Position numbers and translations under genes: made by a program. A DNA stretch of 64,000 nucleotides, from contig OZ004607.1 in the NCBI GenBank assembly GCA_963924565.1, forward strand, positions 4,650,001-4,714,000. The letters are read 5' to 3'. Positions 1 to 13,000 of this stretch are shown in pieces. The notes under the pieces were generated by a model that did not search any database, was not told where the DNA came from, and was given only the letters and a program-made list of their open reading frames with translations. Source of the DNA: Ascidiella aspersa. Taxonomy: Eukaryota. Positions within the stretch are counted from its first letter, which is position 1; each line of letters opens with the position of its first letter.

Positions 1-750
1 TCGAATAACAACAAACACAATCATGATTTTTTTAGGAGATAAAGTTAATGTTGCACTTTTAAAATCACGTTAAAGTCGAAATATGATATAACAGTGCAGA
101 AGTTTCCCAGAAAATTCCAAATATGACAAGAGATGACTGTATAACATCAACTGTTTAGAGTTTTATAAATTCTAAATGTTATAAAAATCTTACATCTCGA
201 TGTATCTTTATATAATTTAAATTAGATACAAATTTTTGCGCCAGGTATTTTTAACACTTGCTGTATTTCTTGAAAATATATTTTTTAATTGAATAACCTT
301 TAGACACAGTTATTGTAGTATTGTCTTAGGGAGAACGTGCCTTATATTATAGGTTATTGACTGCTACCCCTTAAACAATCTGTTTATCCTATAGTAAAAC
401 AATATGTATGGTCGATTTGCGTTTGAAATATTTGGAGTAATAATAGTTTTTTTTGTCAAAACTTATTTCATGAATGTTTATTTTTTATTGCTAATTTCTC
501 AACAAAACTAACTTTATATTATAAAAGTGAAGAACATTGACATAATTTTTTAACATATAGTTTAAACTGTACAAAATACAGTCATGATTTGTTTTGATAA
601 TTTACTTTCAGCAACACGATTCATTAAGATTTTTTTATTTTTATTGTTCATTTAAAAAAAAACTACGACTTAGGTGCACTTAACTCAAGTCATTGACTTA
701 AGTCATTACAACACAATCAGTCGCGGTCTACAATAATTTTTTTTATTCAG

Positions 751-851
751 GACTGACTGCGCAAAACTATGGAATCCACGACGGCAAGAGGGATCTTGTA
801 TTCTTCACCAACCCCAAGGTTGAAGATATCGTCTCAACGAAACTAACTTAA
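751..851 (+). CDS. Possible terminal coding exon of an upstream gene (product unknown)
   Basis: Strong acceptor ttttttttattcag at 750. A GC-richer block reads LTAQNYGIHDGKRDLVFFTNPKVEDIVSTKLT* from 753, followed by AATAAA at 861 and 867. No family recognised. Confidence 0.3.
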
Positions 852-2447
852 TATTATAAAAATAAAAATAAACAAGTTTCATTAGGGTTTTTCTGTAAAA
901 AGTCGGGAAATCTTTTCATTTTTCTCGCCTCGATGCCGCCTCTAAGCAATTAATTCGCACCGCGAAAAACAAACAGTCGGGTTTCAGTTTTATTGTCCGC
1001 GTCGGCGCCGCGCCCAAATGGCCAATTAAGTTGCAACAACAACAAAAACGGGCTCGAGGTGTTTGCGACAAAACCCAGTCTTCCGGCGCGACGTGAAAAA
1101 TCTAGCACCTCTCTACGTCACAAAGGGATCGAACAAACGGACGCGCAGACAAGCGCGGTTTTGTGTTCGGGCGGCGCTCTTTATCTACTGACAAACGGCC
1201 TGGTACCGGGGTGGCGCCGCGAAGCACTTGTGTCTGGTGGAAAAATGGCGCTGGCCCCGGTCCGTTTACCTTGTCGCCGCATGCCAGGCGTGTCTTCCCT
1301 ACACGGCTCCCACACTCTTCCCGCTGCTAACCCCCCTCCTTACGATACTTGGTTTATTTTTTTCCTGGATTTTTTACGTGTGTTCTTGCTCGGCATAGGT
1401 GGGGCTGCTTGTAGACGATTGTTTCTCGATTTTTTTGGTAACACTTATAACAACCAGTCTCTATACTCACCACGATGAAAATGTATAAGAGTTATTCGAA
1501 AGGTTCAAAATGATACCTACTCCTGTATGGGATTTGACATTTCTACTAAGTCTTACTACAACCTCCAACTATTATGATCCAAAAGTAACAAAGGGCTTGT
1601 TATCTTAATCAAGACAGTTCTACCTTGTTTTTTAGTTGAAATTAGGTAGTAATTTTTTTGGCCCTGTTTAAATATATTGCATTATGTCGACTCATTGGGT
1701 TTTAGAGATTATTTTTTGTAAGTTTCATGAATTCATGCGTTTTCCATTTCTGCACTGTACAGATGATGCCAATAAATTGAAAAAAAAGCAGCGACTTTGT
1801 AGTTACATAGGAGAAACTAAAAAATTGATACATGCTTATAAAATGACAAATTCTATTGCTTAACTTCGTGTGGACATTATCTTTAAAAATGGTAAAAATA
1901 TTTCAGTTTATCAACCAAGGTGACCAAAGGACCGTAAGGGTGTATATTTTATCACAGAAAAAAACGCTAAAAAACCCTCAAAAACGCGTCGAAAATGAAA
2001 AAAAAAACAGCCACAAAAAAGGCTTGGAACCGAGATAAATATCAGACCTTTATCTTTCGCGCCTATGACGTTCGTCCGCCGTGATCGTTTCTCACGTGCT
2101 TCTGTCGTGTGTACCGAAGCTGTGACGTCATCAAGCTGTGCGTTCCATATGTCTGTGTGACGTGTCACGATAGACAGGGAGGCGCGAAGACCGTCGGCCC
2201 GTGGGAAGCCTTGCTGGCCGTCCCTTGTTCCACAACGAACGCTAGGTCGAATTTCTCGCCGACGTTCGACAAGAGAGGCGCCTCTAAACGGGAAAGACGC
2301 CTTTGGGCAAACAAGGACCCGCGGGCCCCCAATTAGGCAGATAGGAAAACGATTCCCGTCACATTAAGCGTGTGGCCGGGTCGCTTTGCCACCGATAGTG
2401 AGATTAGTCACCTCGACATAAAGGGACCGCTTGTTTCTTTGTTCGGC

Positions 2448-2845
2448 CCAGCGTAAATTTTGGCACCTCGCCGACGTTAGACGACTACCACGGCGCCAGC
2501 TCCTTTTAGTACGCGATAGGGAGCTATAGGTTCAGACTGCTCAACGCTGGCCGACAAAAGCAAATTACAAATAGGGCGGGTGTGTTGGTGACACGAAACA
2601 AGGCTGAAATGTAATTATGTAAATAACAGTACAGGGCATTTTTTAAGTTTTTGAATGAATGTAATATTGTATCAGGAAACTGCAACAACAAAAACACTGG
2701 TTATGAAACTACAATATTAGCGAAATATTAGGTTTTGTACAACTTTCAAAACAAATCCAGCGTAAATTTTGGCACCTCACCGACGTTAGACGATCGCCAC
2801 GGCGCCAGCCTCCTTAGTTTGCTTACGAGCTACACGCGATAGAGA
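2448..2845 (+). repeat. Local direct duplication (~60-75 bp)
   Basis: ccagcgtaaattttggcacctcRccgacgttagacga...ccacggcgccagc occurs at 2448 and 2757. Confidence 0.9.
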
Positions 2846-3172
2846 ACGAGCATGTGGCGCTTTTGGGAAGTTCGACTCAGACCGCTCTACGCTGTGTAAC
2901 CAGTTCACCGACAAGTGTGGCGAGGTTTCTCTGGCAAACCGGAAATAAATAGGACGTGGAATAATTAAACTTGGGGTTACAGAAAGTCCGGAATACTTCA
3001 ACAAGCATTAACGTTGTAGAACTTCCACAATTTGATTTAAACGGTGCAACCTGATTTCTCGTTTCTAAAACACTTTCGTATACATACCCGTTGAACATTT
3101 CGCACAGGTATACCCCTTGACAAAATGGACGAAACTGTATCGCGAATTTGTATTAAATAGAGCTACACTGCT

Positions 3173-3572
3173 AATAGGCCTAGCCAGGGTGGGGGGAGGC
3201 CTGAGGGGCCTTGCCCCCCCCCCCAAATTTATAAATATTTTACTCCTAATACTTTGTTTTTTAGCATTTGTGAGCAGTCCCACAACAGTCGATCACAGGC
3301 ATGCCACACCTTCAATTGTCATGCATTGTTACGTCACAAACGATGTAGTTAATATTACATTTGCTATACATTAATGTAGTTTTACTACTTCATTCAGTTT
3401 TTGCTCTTTGAGTGGTTTTAGAGTATTGCGTTAACATTCAGTCAGTTGCTGCTCGAAACGGTTTGCTAGCATTGTTATTGTGATCGTTACGGCAGTTAAT
3501 ACAATGACAAAAGCTAAACAAAAAGTTCAAACTTTTTGGCCCCCCCAAAATTTTCGGCTGGCTACGCCACTG
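3173..3572. mobile_element. Non-autonomous hAT MITE
   Basis: Ends aATAGGCcTAGCCAG / CTGGCTACGCCACTG with subterminal G and C runs. 8-bp TSD acactgct/acactggt (7/8). Confidence 0.8.
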
Positions 3573-4315
3573 ACACTGGTGCCTATTTTTTGTTTAAATT
3601 TAACGCGCTGTTTATAATTATGCAATTTGTTTGAAAAAAAGTCGGGCGTAATCTGATCCGAAACCATCGCATTTAAAAAAACAAAAAAACAATTGCAACA
3701 AACTTGAAACCACATTGAAATTCGCAAAAATATCGTGGATTGCTTTGTAAGAAAAAAATATCTACACGATACGTGTTACTTTTGATCATCAGTAATAAAG
3801 TATGTGATAGGAAATATATACTAAAAAAAAGGGATTGCAAATTGCTTTTAAGTTGATCCAAACAAACATCCAGCTTTGAATAACTTGGGTTGCTGCCGAG
3901 ATAATCAGGAGAAAATCGAATTAACCAATCGAACAGTTATTATTCAATATTACCGCACGAAACACTTTTGTAGAATTAGAAAGCCGGATTTTCAAGCTAT
4001 TTAATAATTGAATTCCAAGCAGCAAAACCACTCGCAATCAAACATATTTAAGGCTGCCTTTTGTCGATGATATACGCCCGTGGGTTTCAGATGGAGTGTA
4101 AGGCAACCGATCGAAGCGTTTACCGCAGCTTAAGCAACTGAACTACCGGGATTTAGCAGCTAAGTGCGGCGCGCAATGAATAAAACTTTGCGGCCGTGAT
4201 ACAAATTGGGTTTTGACAGCAGCAATCGTCTCGCATAGAGAGGGAGAGGGGTGTTTAAGTTGTTTGGGGTGAAAACGCCGGGGTCGCAACCGAGGTTTAA
4301 AAGGCAAATCGTGAC

Positions 4316-4746
4316 TGGGGATGTTCGATAATATCGGATCGTAGCCGATACCCGATACCAAGTGGTAGTATCGGCATTTGCCAGATACTTTGGTTTTATT
4401 GTTTCCTATCCTATACACGGGCATGCATTTTAGGCATGGTATTTTATCTTAAAATGCATTTTTACATAAAAACTAAATGAACAACAGAAGATATCTAAGC
4501 TTACTAACGCTGAAACAGTCCAAGAAAACTTTATCTGGGCATCTTTCAATTTTACTCATGTTTCTTATTTAACAATAGTTATGACGGCGGTATTTGATCA
4601 GACGGCGATACATTTTTTCCAAAAAAATTTTGTTATGGATATCGAAAAAAAAATGAACAGTATCGGAAAAAAAAGACAGCGATATTTTCCCCCAAAATTA
4701 TCGGTTATCGATATCGGAGAAAAGTGCGCAGTATCGGACTACCCCA
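4316..4746. mobile_element. Non-autonomous hAT (Ac-like) element with CCGATA/TATCGG subterminal repeats
   Basis: TIRs TGGGGATGTTCGATA / TATCGGACTACCCCA (12/15). TSD atcgtgac/attgtgac (7/8). Confidence 0.8.
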
Positions 4747-4980
4747 ATTGTGACGTCATCGGCTGCATTCCGCGCGCGAATGTTTTCGTGCACACACTGC
4801 GTCTCGCGGCTTTTTCCGCTCGAGCGCCCAGCGGCCCGCCTCCATTCATCGTCGACTGGGCTGTCAAGCGCCGAATTATCACGACTCTGCAAAGTAGTTG
4901 ATTCGATTAGAATTTTCGAAAGCGAGCCTTTGCAGTGCGCCGAGCTGCCGGCCAGTTTTGCCGCTTACCGCGCCTTTTTT

Positions 4981-5312
4981 GGGGGATGGGGGGATTGAAA
5001 TGACTTAAGTCTAAGTCAAGTCATAATTAAAGCAAGTAAATTCCAAGTCACACTCTTGACATAAAAATTACACGTTAAGCTATTAAAATTGGGTAAACTC
5101 GTCTGATTATGAGCAATAACTTAACTCAAAAAAGACCAAAAAGGCAATAGAGGGCAAGTAAATATTTTTATGTGCAAAAATTCGGATAAATAACCCAATT
5201 TTTCGAAAAAATGCTTATTAAAAACACGTAATTTCAACCCAAAGTCATTTCTCTAAAAGACTTGAGTCAAATCAAGTCATTTGCCCAAAAGACTTGAGTT
5301 AAGTAAATCCTG
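4981..5312. mobile_element. Degenerate DNA-transposon remnant with GACTT(A/G)AGTC / CAAGTCA subterminal repeats
   Basis: Clustered gacttaagtc, gacttgagtc and caagtca motifs at both ends. Similar motifs occur at about 667-707 and 18878. Confidence 0.4.
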
Positions 5313-7555
5313 GAAGGGAGGAGAGAAACCAAGCGACGCCTTTCCTTCGACAGATAAATTTTTACAACTTTATTCCGATCTCAAAATAATCTGTTTATCC
5401 CTAAAAATGTTGGTGTGATTTTTTTGAATTAATTTGAAGGCGTCAAACTGAACGTACACTTTGCTGTGTTGCCACGCACAAAAAGTGATATGTATATCGC
5501 GGTTTTGCGTAAAAAAATACGCCCGCTTTATATCGGCTTTTATGAAAAAGTTCAAAGGTTCAATTGATTTCAATCAATAATTACGCCAATGACATTACAG
5601 TCAGGGGCGACCAATAACACAAAAAACGGGAAACTCATTAAAATGCGAAAACGGGAACTCTTTAAAAGTATAGCATCCCATATACGCAAACGAGAACAAT
5701 TTCCTGGCCAGCTTGCTACAGGGCCATAAAAAAGACGAGCTTGCCGCAGTTGACGCGCAGAGAAGCTGATCGGGAACGAAGACGGAAAAGGCCTTCGAAC
5801 TTTTCACCCGCACTTTCCTGCAATAAGTCTATAAGCGCGAGGGATGGGGTTCTCGCGTGGTCGAGCCCATATACGATTACCATCGGCAGTTTCGCGCCGC
5901 TGGGCCGTCGAAAACTTAATTAAGCTCGTTAATTCTAAGCCAAGTTTAACCCACAGACACACAGAGAGAGAAAGAGATAGGGAACACGGGCGCCAAGAGA
6001 GATAACGGCCCACGGCTCGCCAAACCTGGGGGTATACAGGTACTGCTTGGCCCTCGCGTAAAGGTTAATCGACAGGCGGCATCGGCGTGCCCCATTTGAG
6101 CCCCTAAACAGGGCCCCGGCTTAATTGACAGGAATTCGTTTCGACCCTTTCTTTTCCTTTTAATTACATCGCCGCTGATAGACTCACTTGACGTCACTGC
6201 CTTAAGTGATTAGTCTTTTTTTTCGGCGAAAAATAAACGCGCCGCGGTTTGAGCACAGTTGTTTTTTTAACGAATATGTTGCGTCAAAAATGCTGTATCT
6301 TCTATTTAACAGGCTGTCGGATGCCTGAACGCTACACGGGGCGTCTTACAGCCATTTATTTAATATAAGAGAACGTTAACGAAATAACAGAAGACGTAAA
6401 ACAATAAAAGCGCCCAACGTCTAAAAAAGGGACAGAAACGTAATTTGCAGAAGTGTCGAAATGTTTCTCTATAGCTTGCCCAAAACCGACTGCCGTCATT
6501 TTCCTCGTTTTCACAAATAACTATACAAGAACAGGGAAAACTGGTGTAAGTCTAGTAATTGTATTAATACAGACAGAACACATGCGAAATAATAAAGGCG
6601 AAAAGCGGAATGCGGTCAACGACACAAAGGGGTTGAACTTTTAGTTGTAATTGTTTTCTTTTTAGGGCTCAGGAACCTTAGAAGTGGTGGGCTAGCGCAT
6701 TGCTTAAACCCTCCTTTGGTTCACGCTCATCATTGCCCTGTGCCAACTAGTTTATTGCGTACACAGACACAAAAATTGGATAAAAACTTAATGGGTAAAA
6801 TGAGGCATTTGCCTGGAAATTTGGGCATGTTCTTTACTCCCCATACGGGGTGGAGTATGCATTAACAGATTAAGCCGAATATGAAATGAGAGTTTTGTCT
6901 CTCCAAACCTGACTGCCTTTATCTGCACAATATTTTCCACAAGTCCAAGCGATAAAAAAAAGGTGTGGGCGATAATAAAAAGGTTTCAATGTATTCCGTT
7001 AAAAGATAAGGAATTAAACAGGTGAAATGTAAGGTGCCGCAAGAATGGAGAAAGGTGAGAAAGCAAGTGAAAACGCAATTGAAACAAAAGGCGTAAACCG
7101 AATAATATAATCTTAACAAAAGATGTTTGTGTGAATACAGTCTGTTTACTTAAATGGATAAAGACACTTTTTTTGAAAGACAGAGCTCCCGTCAACGTTA
7201 CTGAGCGTTCCCGTGGCAAACCCAAAAAAGTATCAAGGCCAACCAAGGGCCAAGAGTTAGTTAACCACGTGGCGCACGAAGAACATGTGTACGTGACAAT
7301 CAGAGCGAAACCGTCGCAAATCGGTCCAGTCCTTGCGAGAAACCGCGATGGGAACACGGCGATCCAAGTCGATGGCTCTTGTCGACAAATGAGAACCGTC
7401 CGTTTGGCGGTTTTGCGGCCGCGTCACTATTTATTGGACTGCTGACGACGACCACTACGAGGCTGTCCTGGCCAACTCAATTAGGCAGCTTTCTTAAACG
7501 AGTTTCCACCAAGTTTTTGACGAGGGTTGGGCGCCTTTTTGTCAAACCCTTGGCA

Positions 7556-7896
7556 CATGGTTTCTTAACCGGTAGCCCACGGCCTACTGGTGGGCCACAG
7601 GAGCATTTGACGTGGACCACAGGGCTATTTGGAAAATCGTAAAGTTGGTGAAGTTTTAGTTTTATTCGTTTAATTCTTTAATGTATTTTACAGTACATTC
7701 TCAAGGTTCGCATTAATGTTTGCCTTGTGTGTGGGTTATTATAAAATGTTCTTGTTCTTTTCTCATTTTGGAAGTCATTTTTGATTTCTTTCACATTTCA
7801 CTTGATTATAACCAATTTAAGCAGAACTTTAAGTGAGCCATTGGATAATTTCAAAACAAAAGTGGGCCACGGCCATAAAAAGGTTAAGAACCCATG
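7556..7896. mobile_element. hAT (Charlie-like) MITE
   Basis: TIRs CATGGTTTCTTAACC / GGTTAAGAACCCATG (14/15), with subterminal gtgggccac repeats. Degenerate flanks ccttggca/cctcagcc. Confidence 0.75.
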
Positions 7897-8642
7897 CCTC
7901 AGCCAGTCTTCGGAAGCAGTTGACTCCCGACTTCATCAATCAGTCTTCACGCGATTGCTTTGCAAAAAACATGGCACGAGAACAGGGAGACGGCTGCCTC
8001 TGAAACGCGCTGCCGTGAGAGCCAAAAAAGTGTATTTTAAAGACTCAAACTCTGGCGGTAGTAATATGCGGTCGCGATGATGCTATACAAAACGCTAAGC
8101 GCTCCATATGGGGCGTTCGGGCCCGGCTTCGAAACGCCTACGTGATCTCGAAGCCCGCTTCCAGGGCGTTCGCACGCGTCCGGACTCGGGGTCATGGCCG
8201 CGCAGGCCTTTTCTCGACGGTCATCTCGAGATGCTGCGACATTTATTCACCCGGCTACGGGAAATTTTGCCATTGCCGTCCGCAGCTGTAGTGCTTTTCA
8301 GACACGCTCGAAATAAACGCTCGATTTTTTTTGGTTGTTTCGTGTCGGTTTGTCCACTGTGTTCGTGCCTGTGATACGTGGGCCGTCGTTTGGTGGCTAA
8401 AGGCCACTGACCCGTGATAACAAAGTTAAAATAGTTACATTGTCTGCAATTACCTGTTTCTAATGGCAACTTATAACCTTAAATCACAACAACGCAAGTT
8501 ACCTTATTGTGTAAACCTTTTATAAAGCTTATAAAGTTAAAAGATCGACGCTGTAGATTCTGTTGTTTGCAAAAATAGAAACAAGTTGCTCAATATTGAA
8601 TCTCAAAACCGAACTTGACATTATCTTTATAAAGAAATTTTG

Positions 8643-8765
8643 ACTAGCAATTCTATTTATCAACAGTTAGTGTGAACGGATGATGATACAAGTTCGTATC
8701 GAAACGTCTTTATCAAGATTATGTTGATTTACTCGACCTTTTTGGCTTTGTAATTCATTAGAAAC
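8643..8765 (+). mobile_element. Short HHR-bearing Penelope-like repeat, copy 1 (core mutated to CGGATGA; HHR at 8672-8713)
   Basis: GTGAA-CGGATGA-T-GATAC-AAGTTC-GTATC-GAAA-C-GTC-TTTAT, followed by the tail shared with the other copies. Confidence 0.72.
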
Positions 8766-9555
8766 AAGTTGGCCTTTAAACATTGCAAAAGTGCTTTAAA
8801 AGCAAACCCTTTTCCACTGGATCGATTTAAAATGAAAGTGTATGCTTATCAATCTTTTTTAACAATGCTTTATAAATAACATCTTCTGGTTCACACAAAG
8901 CCGTAGATAATCGCTGAAAAGCGAGATATTTCGTAGGGTTCACAACATTGTACAAGTCAATGTAAATTATACAAAATTGAAAGCGTGGTTTAGGTATAGC
9001 CGTAAGTTTTGCGAGTCGCCTTTGTAAAACAGAGTGTACAAACATGACAAATATCAAGCATCATTCAAGTGAATACATATTTTGAAAATATAAACAACGT
9101 TCATTTTAAATGTGACAAGTTGGTTCAGGCATTTTTAGTTATAAAAAAAACACAGTTATAAACGTACAATTAACAGTTCTATTAATAGCGATTTGAGAGC
9201 CAAACCTTAACCCCTTGCCCTAACTATTTAGGGCAATGCTTGTCGGTCGCGGCTTATCACCTACACTACACTTTGGAGCGGAACTTGATTTTGCAGATCA
9301 CATCGATAGCGGAATCGCACGCCAAAGTGGCACCCGTTTAGTTGGTGCCTCGGCAGAGCGGACATGGCAACGGTCTTGTGTTGTGGACGATGCCAAAGCC
9401 TTTCTCCCCAATGCAGCGGGTTCAAAATCCACACGTCAGCATCCCGAAGACAACCGACACATGAAACCGCACTGAAGGGAAGCAATTGCTTGCACTCCGT
9501 CATTCATCCCCGGGTGCTGCTTTACTGCAGTTGCAAAAAAGGACAGCATTTAGGG

Positions 9556-9897
9556 CAAAGGTTCTCAAACTTTTTTAGCTCGCGGCACACCGAAAAAATC
9601 TTAAATATTTCGCGGCATACTTTTAACAGAACAACAATAGAGTAATTTTAAAATCGAAAAAAAAAATATATAATCGAAAAAAAATCGCTCTTAACACACG
9701 ACAAACTATTTGTAAATGTCCCAATATTTATTATATTTGTAATAGATAGTGCGTATTTAAGTCTAAAGTGCTAGCGTGTATACGTATTGGTAATACAAAT
9801 AACTTATTTTCCAAAATTACAAAGAGTTTCGTTGCAGACTATACAATCTCTCGAGGCACACTATATTGTGCTGCTGCACATAGTTTGGGAATCACTG
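9556..9897. mobile_element. hAT (Charlie-like) MITE
   Basis: Ends CAAAGGTTCTCAAACT / AGTTTGGGAATCACTG, with repeated cgcggcacac-like subterminal motifs. No TSD recognisable. Confidence 0.62.
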
Positions 9898-10236
9898 CTA
9901 CACACAATATAGGGGACTTGATTCCTGAGGAAATTTTAAGGCTACGGCAAAGTTCAAGCGCACGTCAGGTCTGCACTATTGCTGGTTAAAATGCCAACAG
10001 GAAGGCTTTGTCAGATATAGGTTAACAATATATTATACTATTTTTCATCATTCTAAATTCGTAGATCATAAGCATTATTAGAACAATATCAGGACTACAA
10101 AACTTCCAAAGATTATTTTCCAAAAGATAATGATTACCTTAAGGAAAATAGTACTTTATGTTACCAATAACATTTTACCTGATACCACCCGCGGACCCAA
10201 TCATCTACGAACAGTCGAACATTTACCTTGTATACT

Positions 10237-10620
10237 TTTTTTTTTTTTGGAAGTTTTTTTTTTTTTTTTTTTTAAGAAGGTTTATTGCTCATTTTTTTTA
10301 TAGACGTAGCAGTAAAGTAGAATGAAAAGAACGAATAACACGCGCTGTTATATAGGGCGCAGAATGCAATCACCATTCCAACGTATAGTAAGCTTAGCCT
10401 TATATAACCAAAAAATGAATAGGGCACAATAAGATGAGATGTATATTGATCCTGGTACAACAAGGTATTTAAAATTAAAACCCGTGTCAGGTGTAAACTT
10501 ATGCACATCCTGAATCAAGACAATGTTGTCAATTCTATATGCCGTATAATTAAAAGGTTGATACAACATAGTGAGGAATAAAAGTTATGACTGGAATTGT
10601 GTGGCAACCCAGTATCACTT
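10237..10620 (-). mobile_element. Possible 3' end of a polyadenylated non-LTR retrotransposon
   Basis: Minus-strand AATAAA (10281-10286) is followed 7 nt later by long A-tracts (10237-10273). The upstream frame LYKAKLTIRW only weakly recalls LINE ORF2 C-termini. The 5' boundary is uncertain. Confidence 0.3.
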
Positions 10621-10837
10621 ACTGTTTTTCCTTAAGTTGGTATCGAGATAGAAACATTCAGAGTGTGCGAGAATGGCTGCGCTCGCGTCCACGATGTGCA
10701 AAATGCACCAAACGTTGTGAAAAATCGGCATTCGTCCAGCACTGAGGAAAGTAACTAAAAACGTGGTGTCTTTAGGGAAAAGTTTTCTTCCACAGTTGCT
10801 TTTTGTTTCTTATTATACGTCTATCATAGGGATTAGG

Positions 10838-11069
10838 TATTTCAACAAAACACAGTTAGAACCGCCTTAAACTGGTTTATTCGGGATTTAGGAGCAATTA
10901 GAAGCAAAAAAGTTTTTCGATCAGTTTGCAAATTTGGCAAGGCTATATTTTGACAATTTTTATAAAATCCAATTTTAACGGGAATTTACCGGATATTTCA
11001 ACAAAACACAGTTAGAACCGCCTTAAACTGGTTTAATCTGGATTTTGAAGCAATTGGAAGCAAAAAAGT
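10838..11069 (+). repeat. Local direct duplication (76 bp, period 156)
   Basis: tatttcaacaaaacacagttagaaccgccttaaactggttta...gaagcaaaaaagt occurs at 10838-10913 and 10994-11069. Confidence 0.92.
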
Positions 11070-12849
11070 ATACATTGTGCATTGTCTTGAAACCTGCTCA
11101 ACAAAACTGTTAAAACCAAATAATACAATATTTAGTTTGATGAGGGGTAACGTGAGATGCAGGATTTGAATCTTTTGAGTTAGGAAGTATAGCTTTTAAA
11201 CATTTTAGAGCATTTAAAAAAAAAAACTAATACAAAATAAAGACGTTTGCTTTCTTTGCTGTCTCGCTTTTTAGAAGGTGGTAAGATACCACACTTACTA
11301 ACATGTTTGATCAGATAGGTGGCATCAACGGGCTTTAGACCTTTATTTTAAATCTGATGAATTCATTGGTTTCGGTATTTGTGTTGAGATTGTTTTGTGC
11401 GGGCCCTTATGAGTTATTAGTTTAAAAATTAGTTCACATAAAATAAATGTAGCAATTATAATCCAAATATAAAGCAAAAAATGAATCATTAGTTAGATAA
11501 GTTCTTTACGTTGATATTAATAAGAGAAACCTGTACATTTTAGCTTCTTGTTATATGGAAACAAGCTTGTATTTAAACACCACAAGTGACCAACCAATCT
11601 TAGATTCCATTGAGTCTATTTAGAAACATTAGTTTCCATAAACTATTACCCGAGGAATATTCTTGACCAAAATGAGAGAAGTTGCTTACAGAAATATAAG
11701 GTATATAGCATTCATTAGATAATAAAAATAATAATAAGGTAAAAAAATACAGATTAAAAATCAAAATGACCAGAATTGGCGTGCTGACCGGCAAACAACT
11801 CTTAAAATAGGAGAGATTCAGGGTTAAACCGAGTCAAAATAGGAGAGACTCGGCGTGAACTTAAACTACAGGGTTGAGGAAAAGTTCGCGCCTTCCAAAG
11901 CGAGGTGACACAAAAACAGGACGATCTGATAAAAAAAAAACGAAAAAAAGCGGGCTGGTCGCGCGTCGAACGCGATCCACCAAGCAAAAGAGAAAACGCG
12001 GTCCTCCCGGATGTTCTTCGCGCACTTGTGGCTTCCGATTGCCGGCACGAGCGGCCTTTACGCGTTTTGCGGCTGCTGGCACTGTGGGTCGGGTGAAAGA
12101 GTGTTTCGGCCTGTGACCGAAATAAGTGCGACCTTGGCAGCCGCGGGGTCGCGCCTGTTTACTGGCTTGGCCGGCCACCGTGTTGCTGTGACGCGCCGCT
12201 TTGATTGACACTGAACGATCCGACCTCGAGGTTTTTTGTTTTTCTTGTGCGAGATGTATAGGTCGGCGCCTGGTGTTCTTGTTTGAGTTGCTTTTGGGCG
12301 GAAGTTCGATCAGTCTCGCGAAGTTTGAAAAGTTTAAAGTCATCGCGGCTTAAAGTCACTTCCGAAGGGAACGTACAGCATACCTACACAAGGCAACAAT
12401 ATCTCAAGCACAAAAACTATAATACCATAGTATGAACATTAACAACGACAAAATAAAGTCAAATACGCAGTAATATCTACGACGGAATAAGAAACTAAAT
12501 CGTCCGAATAGGACATAAATCTGTAGGAATATAGGTCCGAAATGGACGAAAATAATGCCTGGAAGTGTGAGCTGCATTGGCATCAGACTCCCCCCTGTTT
12601 GGGGTTATTGTGGGGGGACGTAATAATAGGGGTTAGAAATTAGGTTGGGGGTTAGAATTTGGGTTAAATTATGAAGGGAATTAGTGATGTATTTAGGAGT
12701 GGGGTTTTGGGTAATGTAAAAGATGTATAGACCTGATTATGACCATTACACACGGATATTGATGCACTTTTTACTGTATTTGATAATCTAGCATTTAGCG
12801 AAACACATGTGATAATAATAATCTACAAAGAAAATGAAACATTTCAAAT

Positions 12850-13000
12850 CTAACAATGTGATCTGTCCCGAAAGCCCAGCAGTTATTTAATTGCAAGTGT
12901 TCGGCACTGGCCATGATAAACATCCACCCTTAGCTGGGATTCGAACTCGCGACCTCAGACCTTCCAAAACACGAGGCAGCAACGACCGATCCGCGACCTT
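12850..13000 (-). mobile_element. tRNA-derived SINE fragment
   Basis: The minus strand reads GAGGTCGCGAGTTCGAATCCCAGC, a Pol III B box/T-arm at 12936-12948. The A-box region is degenerate and there is no complete cloverleaf. Boundaries are approximate. Confidence 0.55.

Noticed and set aside
993-1478. 161-aa ORF and the many other 60-160 aa ORFs in the track
   Set aside because: Many have non-ATG starts and they overlap on both strands, with no homology or splice support. This is expected in GC-rich non-coding blocks.
12596-12716. GGGTTA-like G-rich tract resembling interstitial telomere
   Set aside because: There is no run of perfect TTAGGG units. It is more likely the interior of a degenerate transposon.
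12930-13000. Possible tRNA gene
   Set aside because: Only the T-arm/B box is convincing and there are no acceptor or anticodon stems, so I treated it as a SINE head.
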